From the IMG/VR virus record IMGVR_UViG_2917403263_000005: 25,925 nt of DNA; one strand, written 5' to 3'. Below, piece by piece: positions 17,759-25,925 of this stretch (position 1 is the stretch's first letter; each line of letters starts with the position of its first letter). The translations under genes and the position numbers were made by a program. Origin of the DNA: a virus (taxonomy: Duplodnaviria; Heunggongvirae; Uroviricota; Caudoviricetes). Below the pieces are notes generated by a model that searched no databases, had not been told where the DNA came from, and was given only the letters and a program-made list of their open reading frames with translations.

Positions 17759-18182
17759 GTTTCACCGTCCACATTTCTTCAGGTTCATCGGGTTCCGTTA
17801 TCGCTTCAACGCTCGACACACTTCCGTCAGTGCTGACCAGCACACGCTCCGTCAGTTGCAGGTTCAGGCTGATATCACAGACATCATTGCGCAGAATATC
17901 CACCTCAAAGGTGAATAACTTTTCCCGTAACGTCGGGTTATTGATGGCATCGGGCTGGTTATCCCGCAGCCACAGCAAAACCGGAGCCATCAGCAGATTC
18001 TGGTCGCCGCTGAAATCCTCGATCACCACGTTCAGGGTATAACGGTACTCCCATGACATGGAGCTGGCCCCCGTGGCAACCAGCGAACCGTTATCCACAA
18101 ACAGATGCAGTTTGTCCGGGTTATTACAGACATAAGGCACCGCTTTATTGAGGGCGTGGCGCAGGGATTGTGGTTTGTTCAC
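17751..18182 (-). CDS. R: tail completion protein R
   Basis: Alignment with P2 gpR begins at VNKPQSLRHALNKAV. Start placed at GTG 18182 (AGGAG 7 nt upstream) rather than the TTG at 18203 used by the ORF track. Confidence 0.85.
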   Translation of the reverse strand: MNKPQSLRHALNKAVPYVCNNPDKLHLFVDNGSLVATGASSMSWEYRYTLNVVIEDFSGDQNLLMAPVLLWLRDNQPDAINNPTLREKLFTFEVDILRNDVCDISLNLQLTERVLVSTDGSVSSVEAITEPDEPEEMWTVKRG

Positions 18183-18435
18183 TGTTTCGCTCCTGACACG
18201 CAATAATCATGTCCACTTTGTCTGCACAGACCGCCCAGGCAGCCTCCGTTTCATCCAGCAATGCGTTCAGATCACCGTTAGTGCGCGGCGCTGCCTGATC
18301 CAGCCGACACGGCGTCACTCGCGGACAACCACTGACGGTAAGCTGCACCTCCGGTGAGTGCCGGACGTTCCCGCAGCCGGATAATGTCAGCAGGCAAAGG
18401 AGTATCAGCCCAGCGGCGTAAATCCTCGTTCTCAC
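18145..18435 (-). CDS. lysC: LysC / Rz1-like outer-membrane lipoprotein (o-spanin), overlapping lysB
   Basis: 96 aa with signal peptide and lipobox LTLSGC, Pro-rich; embedded out of frame in the 3' part of lysB and running into R, as in P2. GTG start with GAGGA 8-9 nt upstream. Confidence 0.6.
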   Translation of the reverse strand: MRTRIYAAGLILLCLLTLSGCGNVRHSPEVQLTVSGCPRVTPCRLDQAAPRTNGDLNALLDETEAAWAVCADKVDMIIACQERNSEQTTIPAPRPQ

Positions 18436-18706
18436 TTTTCAGTTCCTCGATCCGGCGTTGTCGTTGTCTCAGCAATGCGCTGGTCTGTTCAGCTTCGGCA
18501 TAGAGCCGCGCCTGCTCCCGGTTATTGGTTTCAGTCAGAATGGACAGGCTGATAAGCTGGCTGTTGCTCTTTGCCAGTGCCTGGCTTTTGCTCTGCAGCT
18601 CGTCTGCCTGCGTGCTGATGGTCTGGCTGGCATCAGCCAGCCGCCACGTCTGCCAGCCCAGCGCCGCCAGTAATAACGCCAGCATAACCAGCAGCAACCG
18701 GTTCAT
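18278..18706 (-). CDS. lysB: LysB / Rz-like inner-membrane spanin
   Basis: 142 aa; N-terminal TM anchor MNRLLLVMLALLLAALGW followed by a long coiled-coil-like region rich in Q/E/R/L. Confidence 0.7.
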   Translation of the reverse strand: MNRLLLVMLALLLAALGWQTWRLADASQTISTQADELQSKSQALAKSNSQLISLSILTETNNREQARLYAEAEQTSALLRQRQRRIEELKSENEDLRRWADTPLPADIIRLRERPALTGGAAYRQWLSASDAVSAGSGSAAH

Positions 18707-19080
18707 GCTGCTACCTGTTGCGCCATCTGGTTACGGGTGATCCGGAAGGCAATAACGGTCAGCAGATAAAAGACCAGGGTAATGGCCCACCCCGTCCAGG
18801 CGAGACTTACGACAATCAGCAATCGCATCACCCAGCTGATAAATACGTTTTCTTTTCGGGTAATGGTCTTCAGCAAAGATGCCCTCAACTCCTGCCAGAG
18901 CGGGCCGTTCTTAATTAACGCAGCCAGTGATACCGGAATTACCGCCCATGTCAGCAGACAGGCTACCCAGACACCGGACGCTGCCAGTACCGGAAAAATC
19001 CCCTGCGGATACACCATTGCTGCGATCAACAGCGCCATCCATAACATCAGAAACAGCCCGCTGATTACTTTCTTTTTCAT
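18703..19080 (-). CDS. lysA: LysA-like membrane protein (lysis timing)
   Basis: Four predicted TM segments. Start placed at ATG 19080 (MKKKVISGLF...), directly after the endolysin stop, rather than the ORF-track start at 19152. Confidence 0.6.
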   Translation of the reverse strand: MKKKVISGLFLMLWMALLIAAMVYPQGIFPVLAASGVWVACLLTWAVIPVSLAALIKNGPLWQELRASLLKTITRKENVFISWVMRLLIVVSLAWTGWAITLVFYLLTVIAFRITRNQMAQQVAA

Positions 19081-19081
19081 T

Positions 19082-19594
19082 TCAGTTTGCTCCCTGTAAG
19101 CACCAGGCCATCTCCCGCGCACGGCGGTTATCCAGCCCCTGATTAAACACACCTTTTACATACACCCAGCGCGGCAACTGTCGGCACGCATCCGCCCAGC
19201 GCCGCTGATTGAGCAATTTCACCAGCGTGGAACTACAGGCATTGCCCGTCCCCACGTTGAAGGCAAACGACACCGTAGCGTCATACACCTTCTGCGGTGG
19301 CTGTTGCTTCACACACCTTTCCAGCGCCCGCTCCACACGCAGCACGTTGGAGATCAGCCCTTCTGCTGCCTGTCGCTCCGTAATGGTTTTGCCGGGAATG
19401 ACGCCCGACGTATTACCAATGCCGTCGGTCCAGACACCCGCGCTGCACTGATACGGCTGCAGACGACAACCTTCGTAATCGGCAATCAGTTTCAGCCCTT
19501 CCACGGAGGTGTGAAGCTGCTGAAAACCCGGCAGCGTGGCAGCAATAGCCAGCACGGCCCCGACAAGGCAGCGTTTAACGATTGATGGATTCAT
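19082..19594 (-). CDS. SAR-type endolysin (T4-lysozyme/GH24-like, P1 Lyz / phage 21 R-like)
   Basis: 170 aa. N-terminal weakly hydrophobic Gly/Ala-rich segment KRCLVGAVLAIAATLPGF, then catalytic block EGCRLQPYQCSAGVWTDGIGNT characteristic of SAR lysozymes. Confidence 0.85.
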   Translation of the reverse strand: MNPSIVKRCLVGAVLAIAATLPGFQQLHTSVEGLKLIADYEGCRLQPYQCSAGVWTDGIGNTSGVIPGKTITERQAAEGLISNVLRVERALERCVKQQPPQKVYDATVSFAFNVGTGNACSSTLVKLLNQRRWADACRQLPRWVYVKGVFNQGLDNRRAREMAWCLQGAN

Positions 19595-19790
19595 AGTCCT
19601 CCCGCGAGATCTGCCCGTCGCGCAGAAGCTGGTAGGCTTTGTGTTTGTAGTACCAGTTGATAGCCAGCATCAGCACACCAATCATCAGGCCGCCCAGCGT
19701 TGAGGCATCCTTGATGGACAAATCGCCCAGCCAGGCCAGCACAACGGCGATGCAATACGTGATAAAGGCGCTGATTCGCTCAAGCGTCAT
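19575..19790 (-). CDS. small two-TMD holin (pinholin-like)
   Basis: 71 aa, two hydrophobic segments (ISAFITYCIAVVLAWLG; LGGLMIGVLMLAINWYY) and a charged C-terminus; immediately upstream of and overlapping the SAR endolysin. Confidence 0.65.
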   Translation of the reverse strand: MTLERISAFITYCIAVVLAWLGDLSIKDASTLGGLMIGVLMLAINWYYKHKAYQLLRDGQISREDYESINR

Positions 19791-19793
19791 AAT

Positions 19794-19997
19794 TCAGTCC
19801 CATAGCTGGACGGTCTGCACGGTGGTGGTGGTCGGAATGTCCGGCAGCTCCACCTGCAGCCCGTGAGGTAAAAAGGGGCCGTATTCGGCAAGCCCCGGAT
19901 TTGCCTTCAGTACCTGCTCCGTGACACCCTGCGTGCGCCCGTAATGACGCCAGCAAAGCGCGTCCACCGTGTCATACTGATGCGCACGCACTTTCAT
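19794..19997 (-). CDS. X: tail protein X
   Basis: 67 aa, MKVRAHQYDTVDALCWRHYGRTQGVTEQVLKANPGLA matches P2 gpX. Confidence 0.8.
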   Translation of the reverse strand: MKVRAHQYDTVDALCWRHYGRTQGVTEQVLKANPGLAEYGPFLPHGLQVELPDIPTTTTVQTVQLWD

Positions 19998-20461
19998 CAG
20001 ATAAGCTCCACTGTGCAGTGCGGCGCATCCTGTACCCGGCTGATGGCCCAGCGGGCGTCACGCCACAAATCACCGCTGGCTTCTGCCAGTTCTTCGCCCC
20101 GCTTCACACCGGATGCCGTGGCGTCATAGTCCTGGTAACGTTCGTTGAGCATGGCGCGTGCCCAGCAGTAAACCGCGTTGAAATAGTGCTGAATGCGCTC
20201 ACTTTTGCCGTCCAGCTGTTCCGCCGGAACCTCTGCCAGCGAGGCATACCCCAGCATCTGCTGGCGTCTGCGAAACTCATACAGCTCTGCGTTGACCTCC
20301 GAAATTGCCGACAGCGCAACCTGCTTTAAACGCGGCTGCGTCACCGTGCCGTCAGTGCGCATCACGCTGCGAAACTCCGACAGGTCCACATCAGGCCAGA
20401 ACGGCGTATTTCTGATGATTTCCGCCTGTTCCGGTGCCTGTTCTGGCGCAACAAACTTCAT
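19997..20461 (-). CDS. L: capsid completion protein L
   Basis: Matches P2 gpL (FWPDVDLSEFRSVMRTDGTVTQ...TVELI). Start placed at ATG 20461 (GGAG 10 nt upstream) rather than the GTG at 20524 used by the ORF track. Confidence 0.8.
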   Translation of the reverse strand: MKFVAPEQAPEQAEIIRNTPFWPDVDLSEFRSVMRTDGTVTQPRLKQVALSAISEVNAELYEFRRRQQMLGYASLAEVPAEQLDGKSERIQHYFNAVYCWARAMLNERYQDYDATASGVKRGEELAEASGDLWRDARWAISRVQDAPHCTVELI

Positions 20462-20556
20462 GCTGCTTTCTCCTGAAATAAAGGGCGGTGGACGGGGTTT
20501 TGATGTGGCAGTGCCTTTCGCCACCCCGTGCCGCCCGTGCGCGGGGGCACGTTCTG

Positions 20557-21208
20557 TCAGCGGCTGTCATTGCGCAGTCTGCGCTCCAGCTGCTGTTTGT
20601 CTTTTTTCACGCCACAGCGGGGATCGAGCTGTAACGCATGGTTGAGATGATTAAGGGCGGAAGCCGGATTGCTTTCACTCAGGACAGCGCCAATCGCTTT
20701 ATGCAGACGTGCCCGTGACTGGTCCGGCATATCCAGACCGTCTGTCAGCTCCAGCGTCTGCAGCAACAGATCAGCATCAAAGCCGGTGGCGGCAAGCATT
20801 GCGCTCTGCGCTGCGTCTGCCATTTCCTCTGCCAGCACGGTCTGCACGTTGCGGTTACCCAACGGCATCACCCAGCCATGACGCAGGGCGTGACGCCCGA
20901 TCTCCAGCCGCCCCGGCATAATCTCCGGCATCAATGCGCCACAGCATCACGTACATCAGCACGTCATCCTGTTGCGCGCCTCCGGCAGCCAGGACACCCT
21001 CTGCCCAGGCGGCGTATTTCGGCAGCAGTTCCACCTTGATTTCCGCTTTTTTGACCGTGGACTGAACACCCTTGAGACGGCGGCGGTCTTCCGCCAGTTG
21101 CAGCAGCATCAGGTCATAGCCCGACGCGTGGCGAACGCTGCCGCCCTCACGGGCGGCCTGTTCAGCCTGAACGCGCAGGCGATGCTGCCGTGCGGGACTC
21201 AGGCTCAT
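20557..21208 (-). pseudogene. M: terminase endonuclease/small subunit M, interrupted by a 1-nt frameshift
   Basis: N-terminal part (frame A, 21208..20855: ...DDVLMYVMLWRIDAGDYAGA) and C-terminal part (frame B, 20934..20557: LEIGRHALRHGWVMP...GVKKDKQQLERRL) each match consecutive halves of P2 gpM. The join needs removal of one G in GCCGGGGCG-G-CTGGAG (plus strand 20902-20917). Confidence 0.75.
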
Positions 21209-21211
21209 GGG

Positions 21212-22270
21212 TTACGCTCCGGTTTCTGCTGCGGCGGCGCTGAAATCGCCAATCTGGATGTTTTCCACCAGTGCAGCGCAGCGGTAGTCCTCAACCACAT
21301 AGGCTTCGTTAACAGATTCAAAGTTTTCAATCCGGTCACGTTTCGGGTTGTCGATAACTGAACGGCGGCGGGTGTCTTCCTGCCAGTAGATGGACAGGTT
21401 ATCCAGACGGGTGATCAGCAGCGCATTCGGCGGGAAGAACGGCGCACGCACGGCCTGCAGACCGCCCATGCGTTTCTGACTGATAATCATATCGGCTGCC
21501 AGTTTTTCACTGTTTTCCTGCTCTTTGTTGACCAGCGGGAAATACTTGTCAGACAGCAGTTCACGACCGCAAATCACTACCAGATCGTCATCGTCCTGGT
21601 AGACCACGTCGATAAGCTCATTGACCGCATCCATCACCACAGCGTCCAGGTTGGCATATTCGCCACCTTTCCCGACTTTCACCGCACCCGGTGTGGTTTC
21701 GCCGCCCGTGGTGGTGCTGCCCATGACGTGATCCGGTGCATCCTCACGGATTTTCTGCAGCCAGCCTTTATTCACATCCTGCAGCAGCGGGTTTTCGCTA
21801 CGGTTGGAAGTTTTCGCACGCTTCACGCCGTTAAAGCCGATCATGATGCGGTCCAGTGCCTGACGTTTCACGATGGCGTCACGGATGCGCACCTGGAAAT
21901 CCTGAAACTTCGCCCACAGATCCAGCTTCGCGTAGGTCAGCACCGTGTCAAAGTTGGTCTGCTCGCATTTATATTCCACATCGACCATCAGCGTCGGATC
22001 GACAGGCTCACGCTCTTTCGCGGTGGTATCAGTGGTTCCGGCAATGGTGCTGCCAACACCCAATCCAAGCAGCTGACCGGACTGCTCAGTCACTGGCGTG
22101 ACGTTAATCAGTGTCAGGAAAGCGGCGGACTGCTGGATCTGGTCTTCCAGCGTCTGCTGTACAGACGGCTCCACGGTGAACTTGCTGGACAGTTCTTCAA
22201 CTGCCACACCGTTCAGACGCGCCAGCTGCTGCAGGTAAGCGTTAAAAGCAAAGCGGGTATTCTTCTTCAT
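21212..22270 (-). CDS. N: major capsid protein N
   Basis: 352 aa; MKKNTRFAFNAYL...GKGGEYANLDAVVMDA...LSIYWQED matches P2 gpN throughout. Confidence 0.9.
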   Translation of the reverse strand: MKKNTRFAFNAYLQQLARLNGVAVEELSSKFTVEPSVQQTLEDQIQQSAAFLTLINVTPVTEQSGQLLGLGVGSTIAGTTDTTAKEREPVDPTLMVDVEYKCEQTNFDTVLTYAKLDLWAKFQDFQVRIRDAIVKRQALDRIMIGFNGVKRAKTSNRSENPLLQDVNKGWLQKIREDAPDHVMGSTTTGGETTPGAVKVGKGGEYANLDAVVMDAVNELIDVVYQDDDDLVVICGRELLSDKYFPLVNKEQENSEKLAADMIISQKRMGGLQAVRAPFFPPNALLITRLDNLSIYWQEDTRRRSVIDNPKRDRIENFESVNEAYVVEDYRCAALVENIQIGDFSAAAAETGA

Positions 22271-22286
22271 CAGGTTTTGTGCTCCA

Positions 22287-23120
22287 TCAGCAATTGGTCA
22301 GAGTGTCAGCGGGGGCGTTACCGCCTGTTGCACGCTGGCGGTAGTCCTGGCGGCTGTCTTCATGGCTCAGCTTGTCCACCAGTTCGTTAAAGGCGGTCAG
22401 CTGTGCCTGCAGGGCTGTCTCCAGCTCAGACAGGCGTTCTTCCTGTTCAGACAGGGATTTTTCGGTGCGCGCACTCAGGTTTTGCTGCTCAGTGGCGACC
22501 AGCTCCACGGCCTTATGCACATCAGAGAACCGGGCATCATCGGACTGCTCTTTTTTGGTAAACAGCGCCGTGACACGGGCAAACAGGGATGGTTTTTCGT
22601 CCTGGACTTCTTCCAGTTCGATCACCGTTTCCTCTGCAGCGGTAAAAAGATTGGCGGGATTCTGCTTGCGGTTTGCCAGCGGGTTATGGGCTGCACTGGC
22701 ACTGAATGTCAGCATTTCCGTACCCAGACTGGCTGGATCATCAGTGGCGGCCAGGCCAACCAGGTAGGCTTTGCCCGTATCAGCGAACTTCGGGCTGACT
22801 TCCATAGATGTGAATAATTTCTGGCCTTTTTTCACCAGTTCCACCAGGGACTCCGTTGGCTCAACGTCGGCATACAGTGCCATCTTGCCCGCCAGCGGAC
22901 CTTCCGTGATTTCTTCAGCAAACAGCGCCGTCACCTTGCCGTAGCGGTTAAAGGTGCTGTCCGGCAGATAAGACTTGATGTGCTCAAGGTTAATCAGCGC
23001 GGTATACACCGCCGGGTTGTAGCTGGCTGCCATCTGTTCCAGCCATTCACGCTGGATTTCGCGTCCGTCGGTAGTGGCACCTTCCACCCCGATGCGAAAA
23101 CGCTTTGCTTTCACTGTCAT
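22287..23120 (-). CDS. O: capsid scaffolding protein O
   Basis: 277 aa; MTVKAKRFRIGVEGATTDGREI... with a coiled-coil C-terminal half; matches P2 gpO. Confidence 0.9.
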   Translation of the reverse strand: MTVKAKRFRIGVEGATTDGREIQREWLEQMAASYNPAVYTALINLEHIKSYLPDSTFNRYGKVTALFAEEITEGPLAGKMALYADVEPTESLVELVKKGQKLFTSMEVSPKFADTGKAYLVGLAATDDPASLGTEMLTFSASAAHNPLANRKQNPANLFTAAEETVIELEEVQDEKPSLFARVTALFTKKEQSDDARFSDVHKAVELVATEQQNLSARTEKSLSEQEERLSELETALQAQLTAFNELVDKLSHEDSRQDYRQRATGGNAPADTLTNC

Positions 23121-23198
23121 GAGCCGTGCTCCGTTAGAAAAAACTTACTGGAGCCTTATGGTTGCGGTGATGGGGGCAGTGAAACAATGCGCGGTCTT

Positions 23199-23216
23199 TG
23201 TACCGACAACCACACA
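23199..23216. promoter_or_regulatory. candidate Ogr-responsive late-promoter element (TGT-N12-ACA) in the O/P divergent region
   Basis: Exact TGTaccgacaaccacACA read in the 142-bp intergenic region between divergent O (start 23120) and P (start 23263). Centre is about 55 bp upstream of a plausible O transcription start near 23152. Confidence 0.4.
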
Positions 23217-23262
23217 AACCGCAGGCGGGGAAAGCCTTCATTCAAGGCTGTAGGTTTGTGCC

Positions 23263-25029
23263 ATGAACACCACACTGACACCCGCAGATCTCGATCCCCG
23301 TCGGCAGGCCATGCTGCTGTACTTTCAGGGATACCGCGTAGCCCGCATTGCTGAAATGCTGGGCGAGAAAGTTGCAACCGTTCACAGCTGGAAAAAACGC
23401 GACAAGTGGGGTGACTATGGGCCGCTGGATCAGATGCAGCTCACCACCGCCGCACGCTACTGCCAGCTCATTATGAAGGAGCACAAAGAAGGGAAAGATT
23501 TCAAAGAGATTGACCTGCTGGCGCGCCAGTCGGAGCGCCACGCGCGGATCGGCAAGTTTAACAATGGCGGCAACGAAGCCGACTTAAACCCTAACGTCGC
23601 CAACCGCAACAAAGGGCCGCGCCGTCAGCCGGAAAAGAATGTTTTCACCGATGAACAGATTGAGAAGCTGGAAGAAATCTTCCATTCCTCCATGTTCAAC
23701 TACCAGCGCCACTGGTGGGAAGCAGGAAAAACCAACCGCATCCGTAATCTGCTGAAGTCACGCCAGATCGGCGCGACCTTTTACTTTGCCCGTGAAGCCC
23801 TGATTGACGCCCTGCTTACCGGACGTAACCAGATTTTCCTTTCTGCCAGTAAGGCACAGGCGCACGTCTTTAAGCAGTACATCATCGATTTTGCCAAAGA
23901 AGTCGAAGTGGAGCTGAAAGGCGATCCGATGGTGCTTCCTAACGGTGCCACGCTTTACTTCCTCGGCACCAATGCCCGCACGGCCCAGAGTTATCACGGC
24001 AACCTGTATCTGGATGAATATTTCTGGATACCGAAATTTCAGGAGCTGCGCAAAGTGGCTTCCGGTATGGCTATTCACAAAAAATGGCGACAAACCTATT
24101 TTTCCACGCCATCCAGCCTGACCCACAGTGCTTATCCGTTCTGGTCCGGTGCGCTGTTCAATCGTGGGCGCAACAAAGCCGATAAGGTGGACATCGACCT
24201 GTCCCACAACAATCTGGCCCCCGGCCTGCTGTGCGCAGACGGGCAATACCGCCAGATAGTCACCGTGGAAGATGCGGTGCGCGGCGGCTGTAACCTGTTC
24301 GATCTCGACCAGTTGCGCATGGAGTACAGCCCGGACGAATACCAGAACCTGCTGATGTGTGAGTTCGTGGACGATCTCGCGTCCGTGTTCCCGCTCAGCG
24401 AGCTGCAGGCGTGCATGGTGGACAGTTGGGAAGTCTGGACCGACTTTCATGCACTGGCGCTGCGCCCGTTTGGCTGGCGCGAGGTTTGGATCGGTTATGA
24501 CCCGGCAAAAGGTACGCAGAACGGCGACAGCGCCGGATGCGTGGTGGTGGCACCGCCAGCCGTGCCGGGCGGTAAGTTCCGCATTCTTGAGCGTCACCAG
24601 TGGCGCGGGATGGACTTCCGCGCCCAGGCTGACGCCATCAAAAAACTGACCGAACAGTATAACGTGACCTATATCGGCATCGACTCGACCGGCGTCGGTC
24701 ACGGGGTTTACGAGAACGTGAAAGCATTTTTTCCTGCCGTCAGGGAGTTTGTCTACAACCCCAACGTTAAAAACGCCCTGGTACTCAAGGCCTACGACAT
24801 TATCAGCCACCGCCGTCTGGAGTTTGACGCCGGGCACACCGACATTGCGCAGTCATTTATGGCAATCCGTCGCGCCACCACTGCCAGTGGCAACCGCCCG
24901 ACCTATGAAGCCAGCCGCAGCGAAGAAGCCAGCCATGCCGATCTGGCCTGGGCAACAATGCACGCACTGTTTAACGAACCGCTGCAGGGCGAGTCCGCCA
25001 ATACCAGCAATATTGTGGAGATTTTTTGA
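23263..25029 (+). CDS. P: terminase large (ATPase) subunit P
   Basis: 588 aa; MNTTLTPADLDPRRQAMLLYFQGYRVARIAEMLGEK... matches P2 gpP; divergent from O. Confidence 0.9.
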   Translation: MNTTLTPADLDPRRQAMLLYFQGYRVARIAEMLGEKVATVHSWKKRDKWGDYGPLDQMQLTTAARYCQLIMKEHKEGKDFKEIDLLARQSERHARIGKFNNGGNEADLNPNVANRNKGPRRQPEKNVFTDEQIEKLEEIFHSSMFNYQRHWWEAGKTNRIRNLLKSRQIGATFYFAREALIDALLTGRNQIFLSASKAQAHVFKQYIIDFAKEVEVELKGDPMVLPNGATLYFLGTNARTAQSYHGNLYLDEYFWIPKFQELRKVASGMAIHKKWRQTYFSTPSSLTHSAYPFWSGALFNRGRNKADKVDIDLSHNNLAPGLLCADGQYRQIVTVEDAVRGGCNLFDLDQLRMEYSPDEYQNLLMCEFVDDLASVFPLSELQACMVDSWEVWTDFHALALRPFGWREVWIGYDPAKGTQNGDSAGCVVVAPPAVPGGKFRILERHQWRGMDFRAQADAIKKLTEQYNVTYIGIDSTGVGHGVYENVKAFFPAVREFVYNPNVKNALVLKAYDIISHRRLEFDAGHTDIAQSFMAIRRATTASGNRPTYEASRSEEASHADLAWATMHALFNEPLQGESANTSNIVEIF

Positions 25030-25925
25030 TGGGAAAGAGTAAGAAAAAACGCGCTGCGGCGACGAATCAGATCCAGCATAAAAACCAAACTTCAGCCGAA
25101 GCATTCAGCTTCGGTGATCCCGTTCCTGTTCTGGACCGCCGCGAACTGCTGGACTATGTGGAATGCGTACAGATGGACCGTTGGTATGAGCCACCAGTGA
25201 GTTTCGACGGCCTGGCGCGAACCTTCCGCGCCGCCGTACACCACAGCTCACCGATTGCAGTAAAGTGCAACATTCTGACCAGCACCTATATCCCTCACCC
25301 GTTGCTCAGCCAGCAGGCTTTTTCACGTTTTGTGCAGGACTATCTGGTATTTGGTAACGCCTACCTGGAGAAACGCACGAACCGCTTCGGTGAAGTTATC
25401 GCCCTTGAACCTGCCCTGGCAAAATACACTCGACGCGGATTAGACCTGGATACCTACTGGTTTGTGCAATACGGTATGGCAACCCAGCCGTATCAGTTCA
25501 CGAAAGGCAGCATCTTTCATCTGATGGAACCGGATATTAATCAGGAGATCTACGGCCTGCCTGGCTATCTTTCTGCTATTCCATCCGCTCTGCTCAACGA
25601 GTCCGCCACGCTGTTCCGCCGGAAGTATTACATTAACGGTAGTCATGCAGGCTTCATCATGTACATGACCGATGCCGCGCAGAACCAGGAGGATGTGAAC
25701 AACCTCCGCAATGCGATGAAAAGCGCCAAAGGCCCTGGCAACTTCCGCAATCTGTTTATGTACTCGCCTAATGGTAAAAAAGACGGACTTCAGATTATCC
25801 CGTTGTCAGAAGTCGCAGCGAAGGATGAGTTTCTGAATATCAAAAACGTGAGCCGTGATGACATGATGGCTGCGCATCGTGTTCCGCCACAGATGATGGG
25901 GATTATGCCGAATGAAGTGTTGGGG
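25029..25925 (+). CDS. Q: portal protein Q (5' partial; runs off the window end)
   Basis: ATG at 25029 overlaps the P stop (TGATG). Hand translation MGKSKKKRAAATNQIQHKNQTSAEAFSFGDPVPVLDRRELLDYVECVQMDRWYEPP... matches P2 gpQ; no stop before the window end. Confidence 0.9.
   Translation, partial: MGKSKKKRAAATNQIQHKNQTSAEAFSFGDPVPVLDRRELLDYVECVQMDRWYEPPVSFDGLARTFRAAVHHSSPIAVKCNILTSTYIPHPLLSQQAFSRFVQDYLVFGNAYLEKRTNRFGEVIALEPALAKYTRRGLDLDTYWFVQYGMATQPYQFTKGSIFHLMEPDINQEIYGLPGYLSAIPSALLNESATLFRRKYYINGSHAGFIMYMTDAAQNQEDVNNLRNAMKSAKGPGNFRNLFMYSPNGKKDGLQIIPLSEVAAKDEFLNIKNVSRDDMMAAHRVPPQMMGIMPNEVLG

Larger units (their letters stand above)
2776..25925. mobile_element. P2-family prophage, late-gene/ogr end (partial; continues beyond the window; left boundary approximate)
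   Basis: Contiguous, syntenic set of P2 homologues (ogr, D, U, T, E, FII, FI, G, H, I, J, W, V, S, R, lysCBA, X, L, M, N, O, P, Q) abutting host ybjL. The boundary lies somewhere in 2621-2855; the attachment core cannot be defined without the other prophage end. Confidence 0.9.

Noticed and set aside
23233-23249. Short inverted repeat AGCCTT-cattc-AAGGCT just upstream of the P start
   Set aside because: Only a 6-bp stem with no U-tract; could be chance or a minor 5'-UTR structure; not enough to call a regulatory site.
23758-24837. 359-aa minus-strand ORF antisense to terminase P (also 24132-24416 and 24853-25104)
   Set aside because: Completely overlapped by the P gene, whose translation matches P2 gpP; no independent signal.
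1-25925. Scanned for CRISPR arrays, IS elements/transposases, integrase and rRNA
   Set aside because: No regularly spaced direct repeats, no transposase-like or integrase-like ORFs, and no rRNA-like sequence; the integrase end of the prophage must lie outside this window.

Overview
This window is the junction between an enterobacterial chromosome (grxA, ybjM, ybjL; 1-2620) and the ogr/late-gene end of a P2-family myovirus prophage (about 2.8 kb to the window end, continuing beyond it). The P2 late region is present in canonical order: ogr, D, U, T, E and E+E', FII, FI, tail-fibre assembly, tail fibre H, baseplate I-J-W-V, S, R, lysC/lysB/lysA, a SAR-type endolysin with a small holin, X, L, M, N, O on the minus strand, and the divergent terminase P and portal Q (partial) on the plus strand. 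Two AT-rich cargo insertions interrupt the structural operons. One is an acyltransferase-3 family membrane protein at the G/FI junction (the P2 Z/fun position). The other, between V and S, is a plus-strand gene for a PD-(D/E)xK-like nuclease with a C-terminal zinc ribbon; I cannot place it in a named family and consider it the best candidate for an undescribed prophage-borne defence or exclusion gene. Three reading-frame disruptions are visible: an A8 tract at the 3' end of the cargo gene, a G10 tract splitting the tail-fibre gene, and a single-base indel in terminase gene M. Each could be genuine (phase variation or decay) or an assembly error. No tRNA, rRNA, CRISPR array, integrase or IS element was seen. 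All homology statements come from reading the translations and recalled P2 proteins; no database search was possible. The ORF track translates GTG/TTG starts as M, so several starts were re-placed by hand.
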